DNA of 63,652 nucleotides, the filler included, from Octopus bimaculoides (lineage: Eukaryota), in NCBI RefSeq assembly GCF_001194135.2. It is 7 parts of 7 records of this genome, joined end to end, with 100 filler letters (N's around TTAATTAATTAA, not from the genome) between each part and the next. Parts side by side here need not be neighbours in the genome. Positions count along the whole stretch, not along the records: positions 1 to 7,257 come from NC_068992.1; positions 7,358 to 24,193 come from NC_069001.1; 5 more parts are not named here. One strand, 5' to 3'. The notes beneath the pieces were generated by a model. That model worked only from the letters and a program-made list of their open reading frames with translations, searched no databases and had not been told where the DNA came from. This document shows, piece after piece, positions 1-12,949 of this stretch (position 1 is the stretch's first letter; the number at the start of each line of letters is the position of its first letter). The translations under genes were made by a program, and so were the position numbers.

Positions 1-218
1 ACTCTTTGAATTACAGGCACAACAGAAACAGGAAGTAAGAGTGAGAGAACGTTGTGGTGGAAGAGTACAGCGGGGTTCGCCACCATCCCCTGCCGGAGCC
101 TCGTAGAGCTTTAGGCGTTTTCGCTCAATAAACACTCACAACGCCGGTCTGGGAATCGAAACCGCGATCCTATGACCGCGAGTCCGCTGCCCTAACCACT
201 GGGCCATTGTGCCTCCAC
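1..218 (-). mobile_element. tRNA-derived SINE (family S1), 3' part cut by window edge
   Basis: Minus strand begins GTGGAGGCACAATGGCCCAGTGGTTAGGGCAGCGGACTCGCGGTCATAGGATCGCGGTTTCGATTCCCAG (A box TGGCCCAGTGG, B box GTTTCGATTCC). Close homologue at 24531-24748. Confidence 0.85.
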
Positions 219-1342
219 TATATAAACAGTATATAAGCTATATAATACAGTTCAAGGAAGTTCACTTTCTACAGCCGTCTCCAGAGTTCATGTCCCGGTA
301 GAAAAATTAACAAAAAATCTTTCAAACCATGCGGACAAAGGAGGGGAATTTATTTGACCGCGCGTTTGGACAGGAATTTGATGGCGCCAGTGTTTCTGGA
401 AATGGCAGTAGTAACACCTATTTGAGTATCAGTTTACTCGCCTGTGTGCCCTGCTGTCGAATGCATGTGTGTGCATGCGTACGTGTGTATATACTCGCAT
501 ACATATGCATATACATGTGTGAATAAATGGATGTGGGTATCCTATTGGGTTTAATGGTATACATGATTGTGTATGCATATGTTACTGTTTTCGTGTGTGT
601 TGGTTGATGGTATGTTGTTAATTTTCAATGGTTGTGTTTGTGAGTGCGGGTGTGTGTTTGTTGGTGCCAGCCATATACGCCTACTACACGCAGACGGGCA
701 TGGGGTGAGAGTGTGCGTGCGTGTATGTGTGCGTGCATGTGTGTAGGTGTATGTCTTTTTGTTATTTATGTACATATATATATACACACACATACACACA
801 TACATTCCCACGATTATATTAAGCAGGCTTTCAATACAAGGGAGATAATTATTTCTTTATATTGGCAGGATTATATATAAAAATATTTGCATATGAACAC
901 TAACGAATTTCTGCGCAATAGTCATGCGCGTGTTATGTGTATCCTAATTGACTGTTAACACAGAAACCAAAATATTTCTCGTTTCATTCGAAGAATATGC
1001 GACGAAATAAGAGAACGTTTAATTTCGTATCCATTGCTAATTGCTTATCAATGCTGCTTCCAGCACATTGTTGAAATATAAAGTCAGATAACGTCTGCTC
1101 TTCGGAATGCAAATATATCAACTGAATAGTAAATTCTATATCTGTTTATTTAATTCGCGACTTATTAAATATTTTCTGCTCTGTTAGTCATAGAATTTGT
1201 AGCAGGCTTGGTTTCACTGAATTAGGAACACAAACGTATGTATGAAATATTTGCATTGCTTATGATAACTTTGTATGTTCGGTGGACACATAGAGGCATA
1301 CACGTAAACGCACTCACACACATATATAATGAGTATTTATAC

Positions 1343-1373
<31 letters not shown>

Positions 1374-2237
1374 NNNNNNNNNNNNNNNNNNNNNNNNNNN
1401 NNNNNNNNNNNNNNNNNNNNNNNNNNNNNNNNNNNNNNNNNNNNNNNNNNNNNNNNNNNNNNNNNNNNNNNNNNNNNNNNNNNNNNNNNNNNNNNNNNNN
1501 NNNNNNNNNNNNNNNNNNNNNNNNNNNNNNNNNNNNNNNNNNNNNNNNNNNNNNNNNNNNNNNNNNNNNNNNNNNNNNNNNNNNNNNNNNNNNNNNNNNN
1601 NNNNNNNNNNNNNNNNNNNNNNNNNNNNNNNNNNNNNNNNNNNNNNNNNNNNNNNNNNNNNNNNNNNNNNNNNNNNNNNNNNNNNNNNNNNNNNNNNNNN
1701 NNNNNNNNNNNNNNNNNNNNNNNNNNNNNNNNNNNNNNNNNNNNNNNNNNNNNNNNNNNNNNNNNNNNNNNNNNNNNNNNNNNNNNNNNNNNNNNNNNNN
1801 NNNNNNNNNNNNNNNNNNNNNNNNNNNNNNNNNNNNNNNNNNNNNNNNNNNNNNNNNNNNNNNNNNNNNNNNNNNNNNNNNNNNNNNNNNNNNNNNNNNN
1901 NNNNNNNNNNNNNNNNNNNNNNNNNNNNNNNNNNNNNNNNNNNNNNNNNNNNNNNNNNNNNNNNNNNNNNNNNNNNNNNNNNNNNNNNNNNNNNNNNNNN
2001 NNNNNNNNNNNNNATAAAATGTTCAATCTTATACAGAAACGAGTACAGAACAGCCTTCTTTATTAAAGAAATTAAATATATATTTCATGGACATTGCTTG
2101 AAATAAAGTTCTGTGCATAAATTGAAAGCGTACAACGGCTTTCAATACCATCGGTGGAGTTTTTGTAGATATTAAATAAATATTTCGTATGTGTATTTCG
2201 TGTGCAAGATTCAAAATAAATGGAAGTGGAGAGACAA

Positions 2238-2278
2238 GTTACTGAAGAAATTGCAAGAGTGCAATGAAATAATTTAAC
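2238..2278 (+). ncRNA. Degenerate type I hammerhead-like motif
   Basis: GTTA-CTGAAGA-a-ATTGCA-agag-TGCAAT-GAAA-T-a-ATT-TAAC: 6-bp stem II and 4-bp stem I, but stem III defective. Confidence 0.3.
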
Positions 2279-2487
2279 AAAACAAACTATATAAATTAAT
2301 AAAGGACTGAACAAGTGCGTGTGTTTATTACCGGCATAATGCCTCTCCCAAGGTTTAATTAAATAAATACTCATACATGAAAACATGCAAGTGATTAGGA
2401 ATTAGAAGGTTACCAAACGAAGGTGTTTTAGAAATATGTGCATATGTAACATCCTTAGCACTTTCATCGCTTGTGTGCGTCTATACG

Positions 2488-2657
2488 TGTGGTTGCGTTG
2501 TAAGAAGCTTGCTTCACAGCCACATAGTTTCGGATTCGATCCAACTGCGTGGCACACTTGGTACGCGTTTGCTAATGTAGAAAGCCCTCTTAGTGAATTT
2601 GTGAATTTGGTAGACAGAAACTGAGGGAATCCTGTCGTATTTATATTTATATATATA

Positions 2658-2695
<38 letters not shown>

Positions 2696-2928
2696 CTATG
2701 CGTGATTGTCTGTGTCTCTATATGTCCCCAATCACCACTTGACAACCAGCCTTGGTGTGTTTATGCATATGTAACCTAGCGGTTCACCAAAAGAAATCAA
2801 TAGGATAAGTACCAGACTTTTACGAAAAAAGTACTGCGGTCGATACATTCGATTATACATTCTTCCAGATGGTGCTCCAGCGTGGCGTCGGTCTAATGAA
2901 TGATAGAAGTAAAAGATAAAAGAAAAGA
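2488..2928 (+). mobile_element. SINE family S2 (tRNA-like head + internal microsatellite + tail)
   Basis: Head (..GGATTCGATCCAACTGCGTGGCAC..GGTAGACAGAAACTGA..), (GT)n at ~2660-2693, tail (CTTGACAACC..TAAGTACC..GCTCCAGCGTGGC..AAGTAAAAGATAAAAGA). Head and tail modules recur elsewhere in the window. Confidence 0.75.
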
Positions 2929-3488
2929 TAACATATACCTACACACCCAACCGATCCCGTATACACCCAACCTATCCCGTATATACACAACTGATCATGT
3001 ACATACATACACATATACACATGTGTGTATAAAGCAGCCCAATTTTCGTAGCGTAGCGTTTGCAAGTGTCATTCTGTTAGTTCGACTGCTTGTAACTGCT
3101 GTTCAGACGTTACATACAGCGATTTACTCGTTTGCGCCTGTCAGCCACTTTTAATCGCTGTACACGTGTGAAATGATATCGCTTCAACTTTACCCTTTTC
3201 AACACTCATTGACATGACTGTCTGCTTATGTGAGGCTGCTGCGTCGAGCAACCCTTTCGCGAATGTCCTGTATACCGTCCAGCATTCAAATTGTAGAATC
3301 TCTTTCTTTTGGGGGGTCTTGTGCATTGACCCCATAGTACGCTACTTAACTAACATTTGTAGCGTTCTCTTTACTGGTAAACATTTACCCGGAAATTTCC
3401 CACAAAAATTTCACACGCTTGTTTGATAGAGTCCGTTCTCACATGCACTTGTATAATCTTCACTCTTTCTGCTATTGAGTACGGCTAT

Positions 3489-3700
3489 TTTCCAGGAAGT
3501 AATTTTTTCCTCGGTACTTTCCAGGAAGTCATTTGACCCCCCCCACTTGGAACTTCCCATGGAATAATTGCCCCATCGGAACTTTCCAGGAGTATTTTTC
3601 CTCGGAATTTTCCAGCAAGTAATTTAACCCCACCCACAAACACACACACACTTCCAAGGAAGTCATTTTTCCTCGGGACTTTCCAGGAAGTATTTCTCCT
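3489..3700. repeat. Degenerate minisatellite, ~7 units of ~26-35 bp (TTTCCAGGAAGTAATTTTTCCTCGGAAC-like)
   Basis: Units read directly. TTCCAGGAA exact at 3490, 3519, 3681. Confidence 0.75.
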
Positions 3701-4003
3701 GCTATTGAAAAAGGAAATTGTTACAGCAGATTATATCAAGAGAGGTGGTTTCTACTCAAGTTCAGGAATGTTCATAAAACCATCAACGCAACTTGATTGA
3801 AATCGTCCCCATTTCTATACCAGTCACTGGTAAAAGTGATTACATTCCGGATACCGTCGTCCTTGCTTAGAGTTGGCATTTAAGCATATATCAAACAGAA
3901 GTAAACATATGTAGCAGTATTGAGATTAACAGGCTATGTGTCACCATATGTTGGTATGGTCACTTGCTACTCTCACAACGTCTGTAGCAACTCCGCCTTA
4001 CAC

Positions 4004-4041
<38 letters not shown>

Positions 4042-6009
4042 CCATTCATAGAGCTAAAAAAGTTACCATCTGAAGCACGAAGGGTTTCAATTCACTTCAG
4101 AAATGTTTATAACATAGAAACACCGGGCACATTAATTATTTTATTGAGAAATTGACAAAGTGTAAATCTCGTGTCTCCTGTTCTCAAGCGAGAGATAAAT
4201 CGTCGTGTCCCTTATTCTGAAGTGATAGATAAGTCATTACTGAGATGAAGGATATTTCTTCGTCCAAAACGTTGACACAACGCAATTTGAGGATTGATAT
4301 TGCTGCCACTTCTTGCGATTTGAGCGTTTGCATAAGGGATCACTTGTTGGTTCAGTTTAAATGCAGTGTGGATGAAAGAAGAAACACACATATATAGCGT
4401 TATGAAATTTATTGTAGCGCATTTACCGGAAATCAATAAAGCAAATCACTTTTTTTTCATAAAACCATGGATTCATCGCAGTGACTATTCAGATTATATA
4501 TTATTGTAGAATTATAGAATAGATTATGTTTTCAAAAAAGTTGCATGAGATGAGTCATAATGAACGATTATATCGTGAATGCTTTCACTCGTTTATTTGT
4601 AGAGACTGTACAATCATGGTTTGATTTTTATTCAATCCATATAACTTCAATTACATTTGTTTGCCTTGAAATTATGCTCAGTGGTCAAACAAGCTGTCTT
4701 CCTCTGATATTTATAGTAAAACTAACATGAAAATATGCTATGCAATTAAAGTAATTAACATATAAAAAACTATACTCTCAGTCACATCTTATTAACTTAA
4801 ATTTCATATCTTTTGCATTTAGCTTTCGAAATAATATAAAATGACATCAGAGTTTTCCGTATGGAGTATTTCAATATAGTTAAATTGAAAGAAAATCACA
4901 GATGTGGCTCTTTTCCCATCATATTAAGGAAGTTTAAAAACATGCGAAATTTTATTCATAAATCAAACAGGAACGAATACATAGGATCCATATCTGTCGA
5001 CAGTTTATTACAAATTAAACACTTGCAGGTTAATGGTTGCAGTGAACATACAAATAAACCGGGGAGGAACATGTTTGTCTGATCGAAATTTTAAGAGCTT
5101 TTCCTTCCAAATGAGTAGAGGAGGCTTTTCTTGATTACTAAAAGCTTAGCCTTAATCAAATATTTCTCTTGTAATATTGTCGTTCCAGCTGTTTACTTCC
5201 CATACCATTTTATGACAACGATAGATTTTATTTGTGACAGATTTTGTTCCCTCTTTGTGTCCCAACGAAACATTTTTATTTGAGATAAAATATTCTGTTA
5301 AGTGAGATTATTCTGGTTGAGTGAAAGACAAACAGCTGCAACTCTCTATTCACTTCATTTATCGAACTAGTGATGGCTTGCATGAAACATAAACTGGACA
5401 GATAAAATACCTCTAAAAAGATACTGCTTGACAACATAGCAATTCATTAATTTACCTGTTTTGGCTGTAGACCGTTCAAGGTATATAAGCATGTCGTGAA
5501 TGAAATAAATCTTTGAATATTAGTCTCAGGAGAAATGTATTTGGTTGAGGGACAGCATACATCAATTTTACTCGGAAATTTGAAAAATGAATAACCACTT
5601 TCCGACCTGGATGGGATCAATTTCATCATCGCCGAGCTTGAAAAAAATTCATTCTCATTTAACGTTTTGTTATGGATTTTCATGCGTGTTGAGCGAAACT
5701 CATTTGAAAACAAAATAAATTCTAAGGTTAGTTTGAAATCCAGTCCAATATTGTACTTATTTACATTTTTTTGCATAAATGAGTACTTCTCTATGGTCTA
5801 TGTGGGTACAGGTTCGATTCTAGTATGTGTTATATTGCGCAACAGACATCTGCTCTGCATGTGGATCGATAAGTTCGTCGAACATTAATACCTACGTTAG
5901 AGAATTAACAGAACAATCCTTCTCAGACTAAGAGAGACTACCCACACCACCATTAGTGCCATCATCATCATCATCATCTATTATGGCTCCTATTCTGGTT
6001 CGGAGCTCG

Positions 6010-6137
6010 CATTGCAACTACGTCGTTTTGGGTTCAGTCCCGAAGCGCGGATATTGGGAAAGCGTCTTATTGTATGGCTCCAATAGCTTATGAGTGAATC
6101 TGGTAGGCAGGAGCTGTGTAGCAGACAGTTGTATATG

Positions 6138-6217
<80 letters not shown>

Positions 6218-6316
6218 CGCGCGTATATTCACACTGCTTATCCCCCGGTACTTGTTGTTTTGCAACCCAGCAACTTAGCGCTTCTTCAAAAGCGATAGAT
6301 ACATTTCTTTTATTAG
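6010..6316 (+). mobile_element. Degenerate SINE S2 with internal (TA)n(GT)n
   Basis: GGTTCAGTCCC..GTGAATCTGGTAG head remnant, microsatellite ~6135-6214, weak tail similarity up to the gap. Confidence 0.5.
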
Positions 6317-6620
6317 NNNNNNNNNNNNNNNNNNNNNNNNNNNNNNNNNNNNNNNNNNNNNNNNNNNNNNNNNNNNNNNNNNNNNNNNNNNNNNNNNNNN
6401 NNNNNNNNNNNNNNNNNNNNNNNNNNNNNNNNNNNNNNNNNNNNNNNNNNNNNNNNNNNNNNNNNNNNNNNNNNNNNNNNNNNNNNNNNNNNNNNNNNNN
6501 NNNNNNNNNNNNNNNNNNNNNNNNNNNNNNNNNNNNNNNNNNNNNNNNNNNNNNNNNNNNNNNNNNNNNNNNNNNNNNNNNNNNNNNNNNNNNNNNNNNN
6601 NNNNNNNNNNNNNNNNNNNN

Positions 6621-7256
6621 GTTGTGCTCAAGGTGGCTCCGTCATTCACACGTGCCATCCTTGCTACATTCAGCCATCTTTTTTTGAAGCATTCACTAGA
6701 CAAGACTTCCCTTTCTACTTTCACCTTCCTCTTCAGATGATACTTGAAGAAGTTGATGAGAGATTGCCCAGAGAGGAAAGTCTTTGTCTCTAGACCTTTC
6801 AGACGCGTCCACCATACACATTCTTTCGCCATAGCCACAAGTACGATGAAAATAGCGCTTCCTTCCCGTTTAAAAGAAGGAGGCGCGACAATATTCACGA
6901 TAGACTCGGCTGATAGCCCGACTCGTCCCACACGCGATAGCAGTTGTTTGACGTAAGCCCACAGCTCGGATATGGTGGCACACTGTACGAGTGCGTGCAG
7001 AACGGTTTCGTCGCTCCACCTGCATCTCGGACAGGTCGGCCCCGTGTTTCTCGAGCCATGCCTGTAGAGCTTATCCCGAACGGGTAGAGCTTCTCGATAG
7101 CACTGCCAGGCCAGGGATCTCTGGAAGTTGTCCATAGGTCCCGGCCCGAAGGTCGTCTTAAACAGGCGGGTCAGGTATTCCTCGTCGACGCCCAGGTTCG
7201 CCCCGAGATCGTCGTCGTACCTTCCCTCCACTAATCCACTATAGAATGTGTTAGTT
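6621..7256 (-). mobile_element. Tx1/L1-clade LINE ORF2 C-terminal fragment (zinc-binding region), gap-bounded
   Basis: Open frame SLAWQCYREALPVRDKL..TCPRCRWSDETVLHALVQC contains the C-x2-C-x7-H-x4-C motif of L1/Tx1 ORF2 C-termini. Confidence 0.85.
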
Positions 7257-7301
7257 GNNNNNNNNNNNNNNNNNNNNNNNNNNNNNNNNNNNNNNNNNNN
7301 N

Positions 7302-7313
7302 TTAATTAATTAA
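7302..7313. other. Artificial assembly spacer TTAATTAATTAA within N gaps (also 24238, 34623, 56154, 61225, 62374)
   Basis: Identical self-complementary 12-mer with stops in all six frames, each centred in ~44-N flanks. Confidence 0.9.
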
Positions 7314-7394
7314 NNNNNNNNNNNNNNNNNNNNNNNNNNNNNNNNNNNNNNNNNNNNAAACATTATTATTTACATATACACGTCTGTATCTATG

Positions 7395-7626
7395 TGTGTG
7401 TGTCTGTGTCTGTGTTTGTGTCTTAATGTCTGTGTTTGTTCCCAGCCCCACTAGACAACCGATGTTGGTTTGCTTACGCCTCATAGCCAAGCGGTTGAGC
7501 AAAAGAGAGGGACAGAATAAATGCAAGACTTCAGAGACTGACTACTGGAGTCGATTTGTTCCACTAAGAAGCCATGATGATACTCCAGCATGAGAGCAGT
7601 CCGATAACTGAAACATGTTAGAGATA
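7395..7626 (+). mobile_element. SINE S2 tail module after GT-rich tract
   Basis: CTAGACAACCGATGTTGG..GCGGTTGAGCAAAAGAG..GGAGTCGATTTG..CTCCAGCATG..ACTGAAAC matches the tail at 2740-2928. Confidence 0.65.
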
Positions 7627-10032
7627 AGCAATATTATTTTAGCGCCGTCTACTGTTCTAGTCGATATTATTTTGATGTATTATAATGTGTTACAATGTCT
7701 CTCTGGATTGTAAATGCATAGCGATATGCTTAGTTTCGTAACGTGTTAGTAATTCTTCATTTTCTTATTTCTCATTCCAAGACTGAATAATTGTTTAAAT
7801 ATGAAGATTATACCAGATACAGCTCAAATTACATTTTGGTGCATGGCTCGTTGCCTGCAATTAAGCTGTCCTCATGCTGTTAACAGCATCGTTTTAGAAG
7901 ACCTTTATCAAAGCATTATTGATACAAAAATGGTGTAGTATATTTCTTTTTATTTAGAATAGAATTCTACATAGAATTTTTTCTTCTATATAGAACTTTG
8001 ACTATTTTAAAATGAATTTAAATTTTTGAAATTTTCAATCAAGTACAAAAATTTTATAAATACATATCAATAGAAAGTAATAAAAAAACATTAATAAATA
8101 ATTTACTCCGGTCTTGCTACTATTAATAATAACAATGTTGAAGTGGATAGTACATTGTTATTATAATGTCGATGATGATGATAATCATAAAGATAATATT
8201 AATCAATAATATTAAAAATAATCGTTTTTATCTCGGATGATAATGGGAATTCCAAAGCCATTTCATATTGATTAAAGAGATTATTGGAGACTGATATCAA
8301 AGCAGCTTTAATTACGGACGCACATTTATGAAAGAAAATAAATCTAAATACTGAAAATAATGTAAACTAATATAACAAAAAAATATAACTACAAAATAAA
8401 ACAAAAATAACATTAAATGAAAGTTTCAAATCTAAACCGTTCACTTGTTAGATTGATGTGCGTGATTAATTCAACACTTTCTTCTGTGAATTATAAATTC
8501 TGTTGCATTGTTCAAACGTAAGAAACGTGACATGCAAAAAGACGAAGACATCTCTCTCTCTCTCTCTCTCTAAAAAGGAAGAAAAACATCGAATATCGAT
8601 TATACACTACATTTGGATTTATCACCAGCAAATGGAATAAATAACATTATATGAATAATTGCGTAGACATTTTAAAAACTGGCAAGCAGTCACAGCCAAG
8701 TGATCCGAAGTATCTGCTAAAGGTTATGAAGTCCGTGGTATGTTCTGTAATTAAAGAGCCTGAAAGTATATAATGAAGAATTAGAAAAATAATACACAGT
8801 AAGGAGAGTTAATATTTATCTGCACTTAAACGTAGATGTTCTGTTAGAACAAACTATACTGCAGTAGATACCATGAGAGAAACTCTCATATTTCCTTTTG
8901 GTGTAAATTGCACTCTTGTTTCATGGAGAATTGTTCAAGATATTAAAGGACTGATATTGATATCAAGGTTTTAATTGTGAAAGCCATTTTTGTTCTGAAA
9001 GAAGATACAGATGAAATAGCGAGTTTCTAATGTTTTAGTTGTAGAGCGAGGCTTTGTTTGGCAATTTCAATAACGCATTTCGCATGTACACCAGCATGGA
9101 GCGTGTATGAGAAACAACACTCTCAAAATAAGGATGAAACATGAAAAAATGTACATTATAGATGCTTTGTAGAATATGGGACTTGTGAGCTAGAAAGTTG
9201 TATACTGCTCATTTTGATTGGGTTTTATATAATTTTCTTTTTAATACTGACATTACTTAGTTTCTATATTTGGTTTTACAATTGAACATGTCATCCCTCA
9301 AATTAAAGGTGATATTTAGAATTGTTTTTAAGTTATCGTGTTATGAATAATGTTTCTTCAAGCAATTCTATTTATCAATGGGATGAAGCTGCTCTAACTC
9401 TTGATTGGAGTTGGTCTTTCACACATATATATCTATGATTTACATACGGACAGTCTTTATGTTAAGTTAAAGAAAATGCAATTATATATGGAAATAAAAG
9501 GATTACTCAGTACGTTTTAGTAGAGTAAAGAAAAGTTCGACAGTGACCTCGAAGGCGAGCAAGTCGAATCATCGAAGGCACTCTCGACTTTCACTTGTAA
9601 AAATTTTACTATATATATATATATATATATNNNNNNNNNNNNNNNNNNNNNNNNNNNNNNNNNNNNNNNNNNNNNNNNNNNNNNNNNNNNNNNNNNNNNN
9701 NNNNNNNNNNNNNNNNNNNNNNNNNNNNNNNNNNNNNNNNNNNNNNNNNNNNNNNNNNNNNNNNNNNNNNNNNNNNNNNNNNNNNNNNNNNNNNNNNNNN
9801 NNNNNNNNNNNNNNNNNNNNNNNNNNNNNNNNNNNNNNNNNNNNNNNNNNNNNNNNNNNNNNNNNNNNNNNNNNNNNNNNNNNNNNNNNNNNNNNNNNNN
9901 NNNNNNNNNNNNNNNNNNNNNNNNNNNNNNNNNNNNNNNNNNNNNNNNNNNNNNNNNNNNNNNNNNNNNNNNNNNNNNNNNNNNNNNNNNNNNNNNNNNN
10001 NNNNNNNNNNNNNNNNNNNNNNNNNNNNNNNN

Positions 10033-10081
<49 letters not shown>

Positions 10082-10771
10082 CATATGTATACGTATATAT
10101 ATATATGTGACACAGATGCTTCGAGAAACTTAGAAAAGGGAGGTACTCTATGATCTTTCTTGCAAGGGAGATCATTGAACTATCTAGCTACCGCTACTAG
10201 ACAACCACTGCTAAAGATCAATGAATTCGTCTTCCTGTCAGTAAATACATCAGTATCGATGACCAGGGATATCTAGATTATCGATCATTCTGAAATATGA
10301 AAATTATCACATATGTACCTAAAATTCTCTTTTCGACAACGACTCGGCCTGATTTTACAACCTAATGCCATTAATTCTTGCGATATAAGTCACCTAATGG
10401 ATGATATTTTATAACCGTTACAGAAAACTCTATTTACATTGAAATATATGACCACTGGCAAAATAAAAACCATTCATAAAGGTAGATTCTCTGAACTAGA
10501 AAATCATGCGATTCTCTATTCAAAAGTGTTATTATATTTTTACAAAATAAATGGAAATATGTAGAGGTATTAAAATATGATATATTTATACGCATGAAAT
10601 CGAATTCCAATTCGTCTTAGATATTTTCCAACCCAGCATAGTATTACAAACACAATTATTTTGTGTTTTGTGGTAATCACATAGATACACAGATACATAC
10701 AAAGACACATGGCCGTAGGTAAATGACTGAAACAAATAAAAGAATAAAGATTATATGTGTTTATATATACA

Positions 10772-10826
<55 letters not shown>

Positions 10827-10886
10827 ACACACACACACACTCACACACACAAAGATATATATATATGTATATATATNNNNNNNNNN

Positions 10887-11985
10887 ATCTACAAAACCGT
10901 CAAAAGCTTGTTTAGTTTTATGTTCTTTGATTTATTATTAGTGTTGCTTAATACATTTTGCTAAAATTGTCTGTTCAAATATCATCACAAAAAAGGTAAT
11001 TAAAATGACAGATCCATCGGACTTTCAAAGAGGTCAAATTGTTGGTGCTCGTATGGCAGGCACTAGCGTAACGAAACCAACCGAAATGTTTGGTGTATCA
11101 TGAAGTACTGTCTCGAAAATAATGACAGCCTTTGAGTAAGTGGGAAAAACCTCCTCGTCGAAACTCCGGAAGAAAATCAAAACTTTCAGATAAGGACCGT
11201 CGGATTCTTACGCGAATTGTTAGAAAGGCTCACAAAAGTAAAGCTTCCAAAATTATTGCAGATATTTATGATCGCTCCGAGAACCCAGTTTCCACAAAAA
11301 ACTGTTCGCCGGGAGCCGCACAAAGCCGGACTTCACGAGAAGGATGCAATCAGAAAACCACTACTTTCAAAAACAAATATCGCAAAGCGTTTAGAGTGGA
11401 GTAAAACCTTACAGAATTGGTCCCTAGAGCAGTAGAAGAATGTTATTTTCTCGGAAGAGTCATCCTTTACCTTATTTCCGACCACCGGCCGAATATACGT
11501 GTGGAGACAGCCAAAAGAAACATTTGATCCAGACTGCCTTCTTCCAACTGTAAAACATGGAAGAGGATCTGTGATGATCTGGGTGGGGGCTATCTCTTGA
11601 AAATTTACCGGCCCAATGGTTTCCCTTCATGGCAGAATTAATAGTCAAGACTATTTAAGCATTTTATCTGATCAAATTCATCCTATGGATGCGGAACTGT
11701 TTCCAGAGGGAAACACAATCTTTCATCAGGATAATAATTCATCAATTCACACAGCTAAATTCGTTACTGAATGACACGAGGATCTCAATATTATTGAACA
11801 TTTATGGTGCATTTTAGAATAACAAGTAAGGAATCCATATCCTCCACCATCATCACTACAAGAACTAGAGACTATTTTAGCTGAAGAATGGACAAAAATT
11901 CCTACTGCCAAAGGCGGTCCTACCCCATATTAAAATAAATTTGTTTGAAATTTTAAGGCGTTTCCATTATTTTGTCCAACCCCTG
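10887..11985 (+). mobile_element. Tc1-family DNA transposon, disrupted transposase (ATG 11005 to ~11930)
   Basis: MTDPSDFQRGQIVGARMAG.., RKPLLSKTNIAKRLEW, VIFSEES, TVKHGRGSVMIW, FHQD, LNIIEHLW with stops and frameshifts. Right TIR GTTTCCATTATTTTGTCCAACCCCTG followed by TA. Left TIR not seen (gap). Confidence 0.9.
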
Positions 11986-12753
11986 TATTTATACATATAT
12001 TTACGTATCAGGCAGCCTTTTCTACAGTAAGTTCTTACATTTATTTATAATTTCTGCGATTCCACACTGTTTCCTTTCTTTCTCCCTATCTCTCTGTAAT
12101 CCTCTTTATTTTCTGTTTCCATCGTTCTTTGCAGTCCCCTGTCTGTCTTTCTTCCACTCCCTATTATCTTTCGTTCCTTCTCTCTTCTCCTCACTCCCTT
12201 TGTTTCTTTCCCCCATCCTCCTTCTTGTCCCTATTCCCCTCTGCCTGTATGCTCACACGTCACTACAGACCATTTCTCTCACCTCTGTCTTTTCAAGACG
12301 CGACGACCACCTTGCTGGACGTCATTTCTCTTGCCTCCCGAGATTCTTCTCCTCTGCTATTTTCTTCTCTTCTATTTATTCTATATCCTTTCAAAATTTC
12401 TCCCAGACGTTACCCATTACAATGCGTCTTGGCCTAACGAGCCGTAATGCTTGTCTTCGTCGATTGTTTACTCTGTACGTCCACCTGTTGTGGAGAGTCC
12501 TAACTCTCCACAAATTTTATATTTATTTTCAAAATTTCTGGATGCTGCTGTCTTATGAAGTTTTCCTATCTTGTCGTTGAAAGCTTGAAATAGAGAGTAA
12601 TATACAATCGACAACTGAGGAGGAGTTAGATTTGTTTTGGTATTTTGTCCCGTACTTGTCTCTCGTTATGTGTTTATGCATTTTCACTCGATGTTGATGC
12701 TCTTATTGTGTATTTTTATTTATGTATATATACATATATGTATATGTGTGTGT

Positions 12754-12810
<57 letters not shown>

Positions 12811-12812
<2 letters not shown>

Positions 12813-12949
12813 ATTATTCAAGAAGTTTAGCGTTTCTCTTGAAAGTTTTTAGAATGTCTAGCGTTCCATTAATAAAAACAGCTTGCTAACTCAACTTTTC
12901 ACTTCTTAGTCAATTAGACTTAATTAGACTTAGAGCCATTCACGTCATT
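12811..12949 (+). repeat. Direct repeat copy 1 flanking Tx1 LINE
   Basis: About 90% identical to 16289-16418 by manual alignment (mostly transitions, plus a 10-bp AATTAGACTT duplication in this copy). Confidence 0.9.

Noticed and set aside
140-218. tRNA genes at SINE heads (also 18430-18509, 24680-24748, 25162-25230)
   Set aside because: A/B boxes continue into SINE bodies with no acceptor-stem closure or Pol III terminator.
1238-2066. Long ORFs spanning N gaps (also 9.5-10.2, 25.4-26.5, 38.0-38.6, 45.1-45.5, 57.3-57.8, 58.5-59.1, 60.2-60.8 kb)
   Set aside because: Open only because N codons contain no stops.
7630-9560. TE-free AT-rich tract with several short splice-flanked open segments (e.g. 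~8667-8738)
   Set aside because: Phases are not mutually compatible and no recognisable protein emerges.
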